This document shows positions 47,807 to 57,817 of a DNA stretch of 64,000 nt, in pieces (within the stretch, counting starts at the first letter, position 1; each line of letters opens with the position of its first letter). The position numbers were made by a program, and so were the translations under genes. Below the pieces are notes generated by a model. The model ran no database searches and was not told where the DNA came from. It saw only the letters and a list, made by a program, of their open reading frames with translations. This stretch comes from an uncultured Candidatus Micrarchaeota archaeon (GTDB taxonomy: Archaea; Micrarchaeota; Micrarchaeia; Anstonellales; Bilamarchaeaceae): assembly GCA_963800555.1 (NCBI GenBank), contig CAWDBH010000008.1, positions 48,258 through 112,257 on the forward strand, in the 5' to 3' direction.

Positions 47807-48838
47807 GGCTCTGTAGAAATGCTTAATTGATAAGTATGCCAATGGGTTTCATCGTCGAGGCTTACCAGGGCCTTGACTCCTCCCAGCGGCGAAATCCATG
47901 CAAAAGAGAACGTCAAAGTTAATTAGAGTAGCGGTTAGGGCCCAGCAGGCAGCCAAGTACGTGCTGCCTGAATATGGAAACAAATTCTCAAGAAAAGACT
48001 TCACTCAGCATCAGCTCCTAGCGATAGCTGTCCTGAAACAGAAGACTGACGAGGATTACAGGGATACTGTTGACGGCATTGGCAGCGACTTGATGCAAGC
48101 GATGGGTCTCACGAAGATACCTCATTTCACTACCCTCCAGAAGTTCATCAAGAGGCTGGACTCACAGGTATTGGATACCCTTATCGCAGTGGTCGCAATC
48201 CTCATCATAGGGGATCAATTGATCAGGGGAGCCGTCGTAGGGATAGACTCTTCAGGATATCCTGCTTCGCATGCCAGCAGCTACTTCGTGAGGAGGATAA
48301 AACGCAAGCCTACGCATAAGACGTTCCTCAAAGGTTCATTCGTTGGGGACCTGACAAATCAGGTCATCGTCTGCTGCAGGCTAAGGAATTTCCCGTCTCA
48401 TGATATCATTGATTTCAGGAGGCTGATGAAACGCGCCCTGATACTCTTGAAGAAGATTTCAGAGGTTCATGCTGACAAGGGGTACGATGGCAAGGATGAG
48501 ATCCTTCTCGTGGAGAAGCTTCTGAAGGCCGTGCCGTACATCAAGATCAAGGAAACCGACAGGCACAAATGCAAAAGCCAGATAAGGCGCAGGGTTTTGA
48601 ACAACTGGAATCGGCTCACCTTCGCTTTGAGGGGGCGGCAGCGCAACCTCATAGAAACAATCAACTCCGTTGTAAAGAGGGTCTTCGGAGACGCCCTCTA
48701 TAGCAAGGGCATCTGGATGCGGCGCAAGGAATTGAAGCTGAAGTACTTTGCCTACAACATTTACCGGTCAGTCCAGCTAGAGGAGATTTTTTGTTGCCTC
48801 GTCTTAAGCTGGACTTAAGAGAGGGTTTCTACAGAGCC
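47807..48838 (+). mobile_element. IS element, copy 1: 1032 bp, 13-bp perfect terminal inverted repeats (ggctctgtagaaa / tttctacagagcc), 8-bp target-site duplication ctaaaatt
   Basis: Identical base-for-base to copy 2 at 57818..58849. TSD at 47799-47806 and 48839-48846. Confidence 0.85.
47898..48818 (+). CDS. DDE transposase (IS4/IS5 superfamily)
   Basis: ...GIDSSGY...ADKGYDG...E pattern; 306 aa. Confidence 0.8.
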   Translation: MQKRTSKLIRVAVRAQQAAKYVLPEYGNKFSRKDFTQHQLLAIAVLKQKTDEDYRDTVDGIGSDLMQAMGLTKIPHFTTLQKFIKRLDSQVLDTLIAVVAILIIGDQLIRGAVVGIDSSGYPASHASSYFVRRIKRKPTHKTFLKGSFVGDLTNQVIVCCRLRNFPSHDIIDFRRLMKRALILLKKISEVHADKGYDGKDEILLVEKLLKAVPYIKIKETDRHKCKSQIRRRVLNNWNRLTFALRGRQRNLIETINSVVKRVFGDALYSKGIWMRRKELKLKYFAYNIYRSVQLEEIFCCLVLSWT

Positions 48839-49936
48839 CTAAAATTGCTAAAAAACGGGGGGTACTTCGGTTTCATCATTCCAAATTCTATCCTTTACAA
48901 CGAATCATACAGTAAGATACGAGACAGACTTTTGCAATCAACTTCATTGAAAAAAATTGTGCGGCTACCGGATAATGTATTCAAAGATGCAAAAGTAGAA
49001 ACGATAATTTTAATCTTCCAAAAAGGCAACCCGCATAAAAATATCTGCGAAGTGCTAATATATGATAGACTTGCAAATATCAACTCCATAACTATCGAAA
49101 CTTGCAAACAACATGTTTTATTTAATCAAGATACCTGGAACGAGGGGCAGAAAACGATAAACATCACCCTCAATAAGTCGTTTAGTGAGTTATTGAAGAA
49201 AATCGAAATGACTACTGTTCCTCTCGTTGAACTATGCGACTTTTCTCTTGGTCTTACCCCTTATGATAAATACAAAGGACACACACAAAAACAAATAGAA
49301 GAGCGTGTGTTTCACTCTTCAACGAAAAAGAACGAAACTTTCAAACCGCTCTTATCTGGGGAGAATATAGTGAGGTATGGCATTTTTTGGGATAAGAAAG
49401 AGTACATTAGCTACGGTAGTTGGCTAGGTGCAGCTAGAGAAAAAAGATTTTTCACCGAACCTCGGATTGTAGTTAGGCAGATTATTAGTGGCAAGCCACT
49501 GAGGATCTACGCGGGGTATAGCGAGGATGAATTGTACAATGCACAAATCGGCTTTAATCTATTGCCAAAAGACAAAGCACAGATCCAGATTAAGTATGTG
49601 CTGGCAATTTTAATTTCGAAGTTAATGACTTTTTACCACCGAGAGAGGTATTTAGACCCATCAAAAAATCTTTTCCAGAAAATATTAATAGCAAACGCTA
49701 AGAGATTCCCTATAAAACTCGCACCTTCTAGCGAACAGCAAAAAGTTGTAAATTTAGTCGATAAACTACTCGCTTTGAAGAAACGATTATTTGATCTAGG
49801 CGATAAACAAACCGAAGAATCAGCCAAACTTGAAAAGGAGATTGCCGAACTCGACCGCAAGATTGACGAGCTGGTTTTTGATCTTTACGGTCTAACAGCG
49901 GAAGAACGGAAAATCGTTGAAAAAGCGATGAAGTAG
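48839..49936 (+). pseudogene. Type IIG restriction-modification enzyme, C-terminal fragment (remaining methyltransferase motifs plus target-recognition domain), downstream of IS copy 1
   Basis: Continues ...FVENGLKL|LKNGGYFGFIIPNSILYN...; the track ORF 48791..49936 starts inside the IS right end. Confidence 0.7.
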
Positions 49937-49941
49937 AAGTC

Positions 49942-50274
49942 TTAATGAACTAACAAGATAATGGCAGCAACGACAATTGAGCAGTATGCCCAACTGAGCC
50001 AATAATAAATCTGGGGGAGACTGTTACCAATCGCATATGCAGCGATACCGACCACCCCCATAATTAGTCCGATATTTGAATACCAGACTAAGAGGTCGCT
50101 CGGGTTCGATAACGATATCACAAATAGATTTATCGCCAGCGTATTACAAAATGTCGAGGTTCGCCCCACGAACTGCTTTTCTACAAGATAGCCTACGATA
50201 AACAGGGATAAGGCGGGTAACAATCTTAGAAGCGTGTCTGGCAAAATATTTATCCAAAGTGAAGACATACTCAT
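49942..50274 (-). CDS. hypothetical membrane protein
   Basis: 110 aa, 3-4 TM. Confidence 0.4.
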   Translation of the reverse strand: MSMSSLWINILPDTLLRLLPALSLFIVGYLVEKQFVGRTSTFCNTLAINLFVISLSNPSDLLVWYSNIGLIMGVVGIAAYAIGNSLPQIYYWLSWAYCSIVVAAIILLVH

Positions 50275-50278
50275 CCCT

Positions 50279-50635
50279 TCAAGCTATCGGTAGTCCCTTC
50301 GGTGTCAGTGCATCTGCAAGCAAGTGGCTGAGATAAGCTGCTGCAAGCGAAGCGGCTGCCGCTTTTTGCTCCGCTGAGGTTGTGCTCTGCCCCCACGTCT
50401 CTTTGGCCATATGGGTAACAATCCCGGCTGCGGTCAAGCTGTGCGCGAATGACCGGTGGTTAGGTCCATAAGCTGGCTCGATAATGTCTGGGAGTACCGC
50501 TACTCCAGCCCCCATGACGCCCCATCCCACTGCATTCCCCAAGTCAACCGTTTCACCCTGCGCTCGCTTAGCGGCAACATATGTTCCAAAACCAAACAGA
50601 GCTCCGAGAAGGAGATGTTCATTGCAATTTGACAT
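50279..50635 (-). CDS. DUF457 (YdjM-like) membrane-associated metal-dependent hydrolase
   Basis: ...LPDIIEPAYGPNHRSFAHSLT... Confidence 0.5.
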   Translation of the reverse strand: MSNCNEHLLLGALFGFGTYVAAKRAQGETVDLGNAVGWGVMGAGVAVLPDIIEPAYGPNHRSFAHSLTAAGIVTHMAKETWGQSTTSAEQKAAAASLAAAYLSHLLADALTPKGLPIA

Positions 50636-50640
50636 CCGTC

Positions 50641-50979
50641 TCACCTCTTCTTCCTGCTCCAATTGCCAAGGAACTGCCATCTTTGCTGGCCCTCGCTTCT
50701 ATGGACGGAAACTGCAACTCCGCCCCTTTCCTTTGCCAAGGCCCGGAGATCCCTACGTCCATCGCTATCCAGGCGAGCCCCACCGCTCTTGACTTGGACA
50801 TAATACTTCACACCATCTTTCTTTGCATATATGTCCGCAGGTCCACGGCTTCCAGCGCTCAAACGGATATTCTCGTATCCCTTATCCGCAAGATCACGCG
50901 CCACTTTTCCTTCCGCGATTCTTCCAGAACGATATCGGTTTATCATTCCACCATCCCGTTGCTTATGGCAACTTTGCAA
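50641..50979 (-). CDS. Hjc-like PD-(D/E)xK nuclease (archaeal Holliday-junction-resolvase fold)
   Basis: GRIAEGKVARDLADKGYENIRLSAGSRGPADIYAKKDGVKYYVQVKS matches the Hjc pattern G..E..V...L...G...R...S...DI.A.K.G....V.VKS. Confidence 0.5.
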   Translation of the reverse strand: MQSCHKQRDGGMINRYRSGRIAEGKVARDLADKGYENIRLSAGSRGPADIYAKKDGVKYYVQVKSGGARLDSDGRRDLRALAKERGGVAVSVHRSEGQQRWQFLGNWSRKKR

Positions 50980-51040
50980 TTTACTTTGTTTTAAATGTTA
51001 TGTGGAAAGTTATTTAAAGCTGCTCTTTGGATAACTACTC

Positions 51041-51346
51041 ATGGATATTCGTGAGCTGGTTCGGGACGCCCAGGCTCTCAATTCCAAATTGATATCCGTT
51101 CCACGGCTTCTCATCCTTTTCTCATTAGAAGGTCTTGGACGTGATGGGGCTGCCTATAGGGAATTGAAAGCAGGGTTGGAGATGGATGATGGGTTGCTGT
51201 ATTCAAACGTGGATGCCCTCAAGGAGATGGGGTATGTCAAAGAAAAGGACATTAGATTGGAGAACAAAGAGATGACGTCGTATTATATTACCGAGGAAGG
51301 GAAGGAAGCCCTTAGCAGTGCCAGAGCATGGTTGAAGAAAATCTGA
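51041..51346 (+). CDS. winged-helix transcriptional regulator
   Basis: 101 aa, wHTH-like; translationally coupled (TGATG) to the next gene. Confidence 0.5.
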   Translation: MDIRELVRDAQALNSKLISVPRLLILFSLEGLGRDGAAYRELKAGLEMDDGLLYSNVDALKEMGYVKEKDIRLENKEMTSYYITEEGKEALSSARAWLKKI

Positions 51347-51891
51347 TGGACGGTGGCAACATGGGGGAGCTGAGAAAAGTTATTGCTTGTATACGAGAGT
51401 TGGACAAAAAAATGAAGGTTGACAATTTTCAGGATAAACTAGTGATCCAGAAGACGGTTTGTCTTCTTGAATTGCTTGGTTTCGATATGAAATACGGATT
51501 TTCTATGTATGTCCGGGGACCGTATTCTCCGGCATTAACAGAGGATTTATATCAAAATAAAGAAGCAGTCGAGAACCTCAGGACCGATTATGTGCCTAGT
51601 GGCAAAGAGAAATCTATGATTTCCGTGATAGGCGAAGCCAGCAATCATTTTGAGCCTTCGATGCTGGAAATCATGGCAACATATGCCTTCCTCATAAAAA
51701 GGAGCTCTTATGGAGGGAAAGAAGCCATCACAGAATTGAAAAGAATTAAACCATTCTATTCCGAAACCAAGATTGCGGTGGGTGTTTCAAGGGCGAAGCA
51801 GCTTTTCCCGGCAACTGAAAAAGAGGTTCGGGATATGAAAGCTGAATTCAAGGAGATCGAAGCAGCATCGACATCTGATAACAAATATTGA
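51346..51891 (+). CDS. Panacea-domain (DUF4065, SocA-like) putative antitoxin
   Basis: ...KLVIQKTVCLLELLGFDMKYGFSMYVRGPYSPALTEDLY... matches the DUF4065 core. Confidence 0.6.
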   Translation: MDGGNMGELRKVIACIRELDKKMKVDNFQDKLVIQKTVCLLELLGFDMKYGFSMYVRGPYSPALTEDLYQNKEAVENLRTDYVPSGKEKSMISVIGEASNHFEPSMLEIMATYAFLIKRSSYGGKEAITELKRIKPFYSETKIAVGVSRAKQLFPATEKEVRDMKAEFKEIEAASTSDNKY

Positions 51892-51901
51892 TAGTGGAAA
51901 A

Positions 51902-52240
51902 ATGGCGGGCCATGTTAAAGCAGAGATTTGGCAGGCAGACTTCAGCGGCTCCAGAGGGCATGAACAGAAGAAAGAGCGTCCATGCATTATTTGGAGGGAT
52001 TTGGATCATCTTGGAATGGCCGTGGTTATACCGCTAACTGGTTCTCTTGAAAGGGACAATCTGCCCCATACCCTTCGTATTGACCCATCCACCAAGAACG
52101 GACTGGAAAAGGAAAGCATTATCCTTGTTTTTCAGATAACCGCGATAGACAAGTGCAGATTGTTAAAGAAAGTGGGGGTACTGGACGACGGAGAAATTGA
52201 AACTGTGGCTGCCCTCTTGAAAGACCTTTTACGGATTTAG
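51902..52240 (+). CDS. MazF/PemK-family endoribonuclease toxin
   Basis: ...GHEQKKERPCIIW...GMAVVIPLTGS... motif. Confidence 0.7.
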   Translation: MAGHVKAEIWQADFSGSRGHEQKKERPCIIWRDLDHLGMAVVIPLTGSLERDNLPHTLRIDPSTKNGLEKESIILVFQITAIDKCRLLKKVGVLDDGEIETVAALLKDLLRI

Positions 52241-52654
52241 TCAATCGTCAAACTTCCTTCAGGTCAAACCTTAAATAGCTCATATCCCAGAAATGCCTTC
52301 AGTGGAAGGCTAACTCGGTCTTCGTGCAAGGTGCGTCCTCAGATAAAACTAGAAAGCCCCCGGAGGGGTGCCGGGCCAAAGATTGTTTCCTTACACAACC
52401 ATATGACATCAAGCATGTCTAATCAATATATTGCAGGGAAAATTTTTATGCGTTTTGGAAACTTTCTTCACTATCCATACATGAAGGTGCTGAAGACTAG
52501 CAAATACGTCTTTGTCCTGGAATTTAAGGATTTTATCGGAAGACCCGTTCTATCGTGAGACATTTACCAGCATTTAAAAGAACTGAAGTGGAATGCGAAC
52601 GTAGACGGGAAACTGCCGGTTGGGAGACTGGCACTGCCATAAAGGTTTTGGAGT

Positions 52655-54031
52655 ATGAACCGGGAAGAACTGCTAGACCTAATAAAGACGGGCGAAGGTT
52701 ACTGCCTTGACTTCAAGGAGCGGCTACCCTTGGATTTAGGCAAGGACATATGCGCGTTCATCAATGGTTCTGGAGGCAAGATAATCCTCGGAGTGCGCGA
52801 TGATGGTTCACCGTCAGGCTATATCCTGGACAATACGGATGAGGCAAGGATAAATTCGATGGCGAGAAATCTTGATCCTTCGGTCAGGGTGACGGTTGAG
52901 AGGGTGGGCGAATTCGCAGTTATCCACATACCCGAAGGTGAAAACAAGCCGCATTCATTGTCCGGGCGGTTCTACCTGCGGATCGGTTCCACTTCCCAGC
53001 AGCTTGAGCGTGACGAGATACGGGATTTTTTCCAAAAGGAGCGGCTCGTGCGCTTCGATGAGAAACCGAACATGGAATTCGATTTCGAGCATGATTTTTA
53101 CAAGCTGAAATTCGACGATTACCTCAGAAGAGCGAAATTGACGCCGCTTCAGGATCAAAGGGATACGCTCGTGAACCTCAATCTCCTGGACAGCGGATAT
53201 ATGAGGAACGCAGGGGTGCTCTTCTTCACCCAGAGGATAACCAAATTCTTTATGAGTGCCACTGTGGTTTGTGTGCTTTACCAAGGTACTGACAAGCACC
53301 AGATACTTGACAGAAAAGAGTTCAACGCAGATCTCCTCTCCAATTTCGAGAATGCGTTCGTTTATACTTGCTCCAAGCTCAACACGAATTTCATTATAAA
53401 GGCAGAACGCACCAATCGACTTGAGCTTCCGGAAGAAGCGCTGCGAGAGGCGCTTATCAATGCCATCGTTCACCGCGACTATTTTTCTACCGGACAAGTC
53501 CAGGTCGATATTTACCTTGACAGGGTGGATATTTCAAACCCCGGAGGACTCGTTTCTGGGCTTGAGAAGAAAGACTTAGGAAAAAGAAGTATGCCCCGTA
53601 ATCCCTTGCTGATGGACCTCCTGCTTCGCATCGACAAAGTGGAAAAAGTAGGCTCCGGCATAAGGCGGATACGAAAGGCTATGGAAGAATACGGGCTTAA
53701 GGCGAAATTCGACATAAGTCAAGGTTTCTTTTCGGTTGTTTTCCCAAGAACCCCCCAAGGCGCTTATCAGGGTATCCCCCAAAATGCCCCCGGAAGTACC
53801 CCCCCAGTGACCCCCCTAGTTACCCCCCCAGTTGGACTTACCCCCCTAGAGCAAAAAATATACGATGAGATAAAAAACGATCCGAAAGCATCCAGCAAAA
53901 TACTTTCAACCCGACTTTCAATCAGCAAGGACACGGTCAAAGAGTACCTGGAAAAACTCAAGGCTAAAGGTGTCATCCGCAGGGTCGGCAGGACAAGCAG
54001 TGGGCACTGGGAGATCATTAAAAGAGAGTGA
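52655..54031 (+). CDS. AlbA_2 (Schlafen-like divergent AAA) plus HATPase_c_4 ATP-binding protein with a C-terminal wHTH
   Basis: N-terminal ...CLDFKE...ICAFINGSGGKIILGV... (AlbA_2); ...LREALINAIVHRDY...VDIYLDRVDISNPGGL (HATPase-like); C-terminal HTH. Confidence 0.7.
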   Translation: MNREELLDLIKTGEGYCLDFKERLPLDLGKDICAFINGSGGKIILGVRDDGSPSGYILDNTDEARINSMARNLDPSVRVTVERVGEFAVIHIPEGENKPHSLSGRFYLRIGSTSQQLERDEIRDFFQKERLVRFDEKPNMEFDFEHDFYKLKFDDYLRRAKLTPLQDQRDTLVNLNLLDSGYMRNAGVLFFTQRITKFFMSATVVCVLYQGTDKHQILDRKEFNADLLSNFENAFVYTCSKLNTNFIIKAERTNRLELPEEALREALINAIVHRDYFSTGQVQVDIYLDRVDISNPGGLVSGLEKKDLGKRSMPRNPLLMDLLLRIDKVEKVGSGIRRIRKAMEEYGLKAKFDISQGFFSVVFPRTPQGAYQGIPQNAPGSTPPVTPLVTPPVGLTPLEQKIYDEIKNDPKASSKILSTRLSISKDTVKEYLEKLKAKGVIRRVGRTSSGHWEIIKRE

Positions 54032-54111
54032 TGAAGTTGATGGTAAGTCTGAGATGATGCGGGGGATGTGTTAGCAGGTGAAACAAAGAATCGCCAAAGC
54101 GGGAAGCCTAA

Positions 54112-56028
54112 ATGAGGGGGTTGAATATGATAACATACAAAACAGAGCCATATGAAGAACAGACACATATGAAACACAAAGTATTTCAGGAGTATTTTGA
54201 CAACTGGGTTAAGATACTTGGGAGTGCAAATAACCTAAATTATATAGATGGTTTCTCTGGTGCTGGGGCATATAAAGATACCAAGACCGGCAAGGTATTT
54301 TTTGGTTCGCCAGTTCTTGCAGCGCAAACTATACAAGCGAATAAAAAGGAGAAAACAACAACTCTCGTGTTCATTGATAAAAAACAAGAGAGTCTGAACA
54401 ATGTTAAAAAAATACTAACTGAGAGTGGATTAACGGATTTAACTATTCATTACATAAACGACGATTTTGATAAAACGATTAATTCACTTCTAGCGGAATC
54501 AAAAAATCTAGCCCCAACATTCGTTTTTATAGATCCATTTGGATACAAGATAAACTATCAAACTTTAAAACGAATAATGAGTATAAACAAATCAGAAATT
54601 TTGCTCAATTTTATGTTCAATTCCGTCAGTAGATTCATGAGTGATAAAAAGTTGGATAAGACAATTACAGAACTTTTCGGAACAGATGAATGGAAAGAAA
54701 TAGTCAAACTCGAAGGGATACCTAGAGAGGAAGGAATACGCAAATTATATCGCCAACAACTTAAGAAGATTTCTAAGTTCGTAATGCCATACCGGTTAGA
54801 GTTTCCAGACAAAAAACGCACTTATTACTACATATTTCATCTAACCAACCACGTCAAGGGCTGTAGTATAATGAAGTCGAGTTTTGCCAAATATGCTCAT
54901 GGAAGGACCGAATGGCTGGGAACAGATGCAGATCAGATAAAGTTAACCGAGATTGATGGGATAAAAGATGAATCGCTCGAAAATTATTTCATAACGAAAT
55001 ATAGTGGAAAGAGACCATCATTCGCGAAGATAATTGAAGAGAACATTGATGAAACTGATTATCTTGAAAGCGATATGACCAAAGCAATTCGAAAACTAGA
55101 GGATAGTAACCGAGTATACATAGAACGATTTCCAAAACTTACTGAAAAAAGAAAACAAATGCGCGAAAGCTTAGAAAAAAATGATATTATACATTTCAAT
55201 GTTTTTCCGAGCATAGAAAGAAAGACACTTTTATACAAGACTAAAGTCGAATATGGTAACTATACTATAAATCATGTTTTGGGTTGTGCGCATGGATGTG
55301 CGTATCCCTGTTATGCAATGATGATGGCACAAAGATATGGACGCGTAAAGAATTACGATGACTGGATCCACCCGCGCCTTGTATCCAATAGCCTTGAAAT
55401 TTTGGACAGAGAAATACCAAAATATAAGAACGATATCGACTTTGTTCATCTGTGCTTCACCACCGATCCATTCATGTATGACGCTAAGAACAAGAGAACG
55501 TACAAAGAAATCGAAAAAATGACGTTGAGTATAATAAAAAAATTGAATAACAACGGAATCAAGTGTACAGTGCTTACAAAAGGTCTTTACCCCAAAGAAT
55601 TAACTAAAGATGAATTCTTGAGGGATAACGAGTATGGAATAACAATAGTTTCGCTTGATGCCAAGTTCAGAAAAGAATTTGAGCCATTTTCAGCGCCATT
55701 TGAACAAAGAATTGCCGCGCTTAAACATTTACATGACAACAGATTGAAAACTTGGGTGAGCATTGAACCATATCCAACTCCTAACATAATCAAGCAAGAC
55801 CTAAGCAAGTTGCTTGAAACATTATCGTTCGTCGACAAGATAATTTTCGGAAAAATGAACTATAATGCATCAATAAAAGCATATGAAAACAACGAAGAAT
55901 TCTATAAGAAGTGCAGCCAGACTGTGACGGATTTCTGCACAAAAAAGAGGATAAAGCTCCATATAAAAGAAGGAACACCGACTAACTACTGCAATCAAAC
56001 GGAAGAAATATTTAAGGGTGAAGAATAA
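54112..56028 (+). CDS. fusion protein: N-terminal TcmP-like domain plus C-terminal radical-SAM-like domain with a non-canonical Cx3Cx3C motif
   Basis: N-terminal ...NYIDGFSGAGAYKD...FGSPVLA...FIDPFGY (assigned to the three-Cys-motif partner protein TcmP family from recalled family descriptions, not a search). C-terminal ...HVLGCAHGCAYPCYAM... with downstream SPL/photolyase-like radical-SAM core blocks. Confidence 0.6.
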   Translation: MRGLNMITYKTEPYEEQTHMKHKVFQEYFDNWVKILGSANNLNYIDGFSGAGAYKDTKTGKVFFGSPVLAAQTIQANKKEKTTTLVFIDKKQESLNNVKKILTESGLTDLTIHYINDDFDKTINSLLAESKNLAPTFVFIDPFGYKINYQTLKRIMSINKSEILLNFMFNSVSRFMSDKKLDKTITELFGTDEWKEIVKLEGIPREEGIRKLYRQQLKKISKFVMPYRLEFPDKKRTYYYIFHLTNHVKGCSIMKSSFAKYAHGRTEWLGTDADQIKLTEIDGIKDESLENYFITKYSGKRPSFAKIIEENIDETDYLESDMTKAIRKLEDSNRVYIERFPKLTEKRKQMRESLEKNDIIHFNVFPSIERKTLLYKTKVEYGNYTINHVLGCAHGCAYPCYAMMMAQRYGRVKNYDDWIHPRLVSNSLEILDREIPKYKNDIDFVHLCFTTDPFMYDAKNKRTYKEIEKMTLSIIKKLNNNGIKCTVLTKGLYPKELTKDEFLRDNEYGITIVSLDAKFRKEFEPFSAPFEQRIAALKHLHDNRLKTWVSIEPYPTPNIIKQDLSKLLETLSFVDKIIFGKMNYNASIKAYENNEEFYKKCSQTVTDFCTKKRIKLHIKEGTPTNYCNQTEEIFKGEE

Positions 56029-57817
56029 CAAAATTGAACTGGTAAATGGCCCTGTTAATATTTGGAATATAATAAAGCAATCCACTGGTGAAACAATGAG
56101 AAAACTGGCTCAAGATACAAAACTCTTCAAACCTAAATTCGATCAAGTCAAATATAATCAATTTTTACAGGTAATATCTGGGATATACTCCCTTCTTTCC
56201 TTAAAACTTAAGGATAACGTATCGCTCTCTTCAGTTCTTGAAAATAAGTCCCCTCTGAAAACAAATCTAAAGCCTGATTTTGTCGGAAAGCCGGAATTCT
56301 TTACACGTGAAAACGTTATTGATCTGCTCTTGAATTGCTTAGGATACACTCTGCAACATCGAGCTGGAGAAAGTGATCTTAAGCAAATCTTTGGTAGCAA
56401 ATATCCAGATTATAAGCTGATAACCAGTCCGACTTTACAGATTTTAGTCGAAGCAGAGCCTCTGAACGAGGACATTTACAGTACACCAAACGCTGGGTTG
56501 AATCAGGTCTATGTTTGGCTTGAATCTAAGCGAAGTAAAACGGATTATGGTATCGCAACTAACGGTTTCGAATGGGTACTTGTACAATATCTTGTTGAAG
56601 CTAACAAAAAAATCGAAATTAAAAAAGTTGATTTAACCCCCTTTTTCTTAAAATTATTTGGAAAGCAAGTGTCTGATTCGACTCTAAAAGAAATCTTTCT
56701 TGATTTTATTTCCTACTTTTCCATCGAAACCTCCGAATCTGCGATAAGTGGATTTGTTAAAATTCAAAATGATAAACGAGAAGAAATCAGTAAGAAGTTT
56801 TATGAGAGGTATCTAGAAGCAATCTTTGGTGTGAATAGAGAGGGTAAAAAAATATACCATCATTCTCTTTTTGATGCTATCCAGAATGTACCGAATAATG
56901 AAGAAAGAAAGATAATCGCTCAGCTTACAGTGAACAGATTAATCTTCATCAAATTTATTGAAAGTAAGGGGTGGATAAACAACAATCCTCGTTTTCTTAA
57001 GGATCTCAAGGAGCAATACGCAAAAAGCCCCACTCCGGCCGGCTTTTTCAAAACCTATCTTGAGCCTCTTTTCTTCTTGGCACTGAATAACCCCAACACA
57101 AAGAAACCACATCCATACGAGAATGTTCGCTACCTTAACGGAGGTCTTTTCAGAAAGGATAGAATAGAAGAAGCAAATGCATCCTATGACATTTCTAACG
57201 ATGAATTACTGCGGATTATAGATTTCCTCGAAGACTATGATTTCAAGATTAAAGGAAGTACTACCCACGAAGGTAAAGAAACACTTGATCCTGAAATCCT
57301 GGGTTATATCTTCGAAAGAACGGCAAATCACGAAGCAGGTGCATATTATACACCAGAACCAGTTACTAGATATATTGCAGATCAAACAATTGAATCACTT
57401 GTCATAGAACGAATCAATGCCTATCTTAGGGAAAAGGGGGAAAAAGAAAAATCTGACTTATATTCAATATTTGGAGAAAATGGGCTGGACATAGATCATT
57501 TAAGAAACCTTTATGAAAAACGTCAGATTCTGAGCATAAAAATTCTTGATCCTGCATGTGGTAGTGGGGCATTTTTCATTCCTGTAATACGAAAATTGAT
57601 GGATACTTCATAAGCGTTTTTATAAAGAAATCAACAGAATTGAACCAAATCAGTACCAGCTCCAGAAAAGAATTGTCGAAGATAATATCTATGGTGTAGA
57701 TATAAACGAAGAAGCAATAGAAATTGCTAAACTGCGTTTGTGGCTTGACCTTCTTGATTCTGTTGAGGCTATCGAAGAAGTTGATGCGTTACCCAATATT
57801 GAATATAACATAATGGC
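56018..57817 (+). pseudogene. second Type IIG restriction-modification fusion enzyme, N-terminal fragment; frameshift near 57610 and IS insertion at 57818
   Basis: N-terminal nuclease domain, AYYTPEPVTRYIAD (motif X), ILDPACGSGAFF (motif I). After the stop at 57613 the +1 frame continues NIYGVDINEEAIEIAKLRLWL...LPNIEYNIMA up to the IS. Confidence 0.7.

Noticed and set aside
52331-52558. 75-aa ORF in the 415-bp spacer before the AlbA_2 gene
   Set aside because: No start context or coding-like composition; the region is more likely promoter or UTR.
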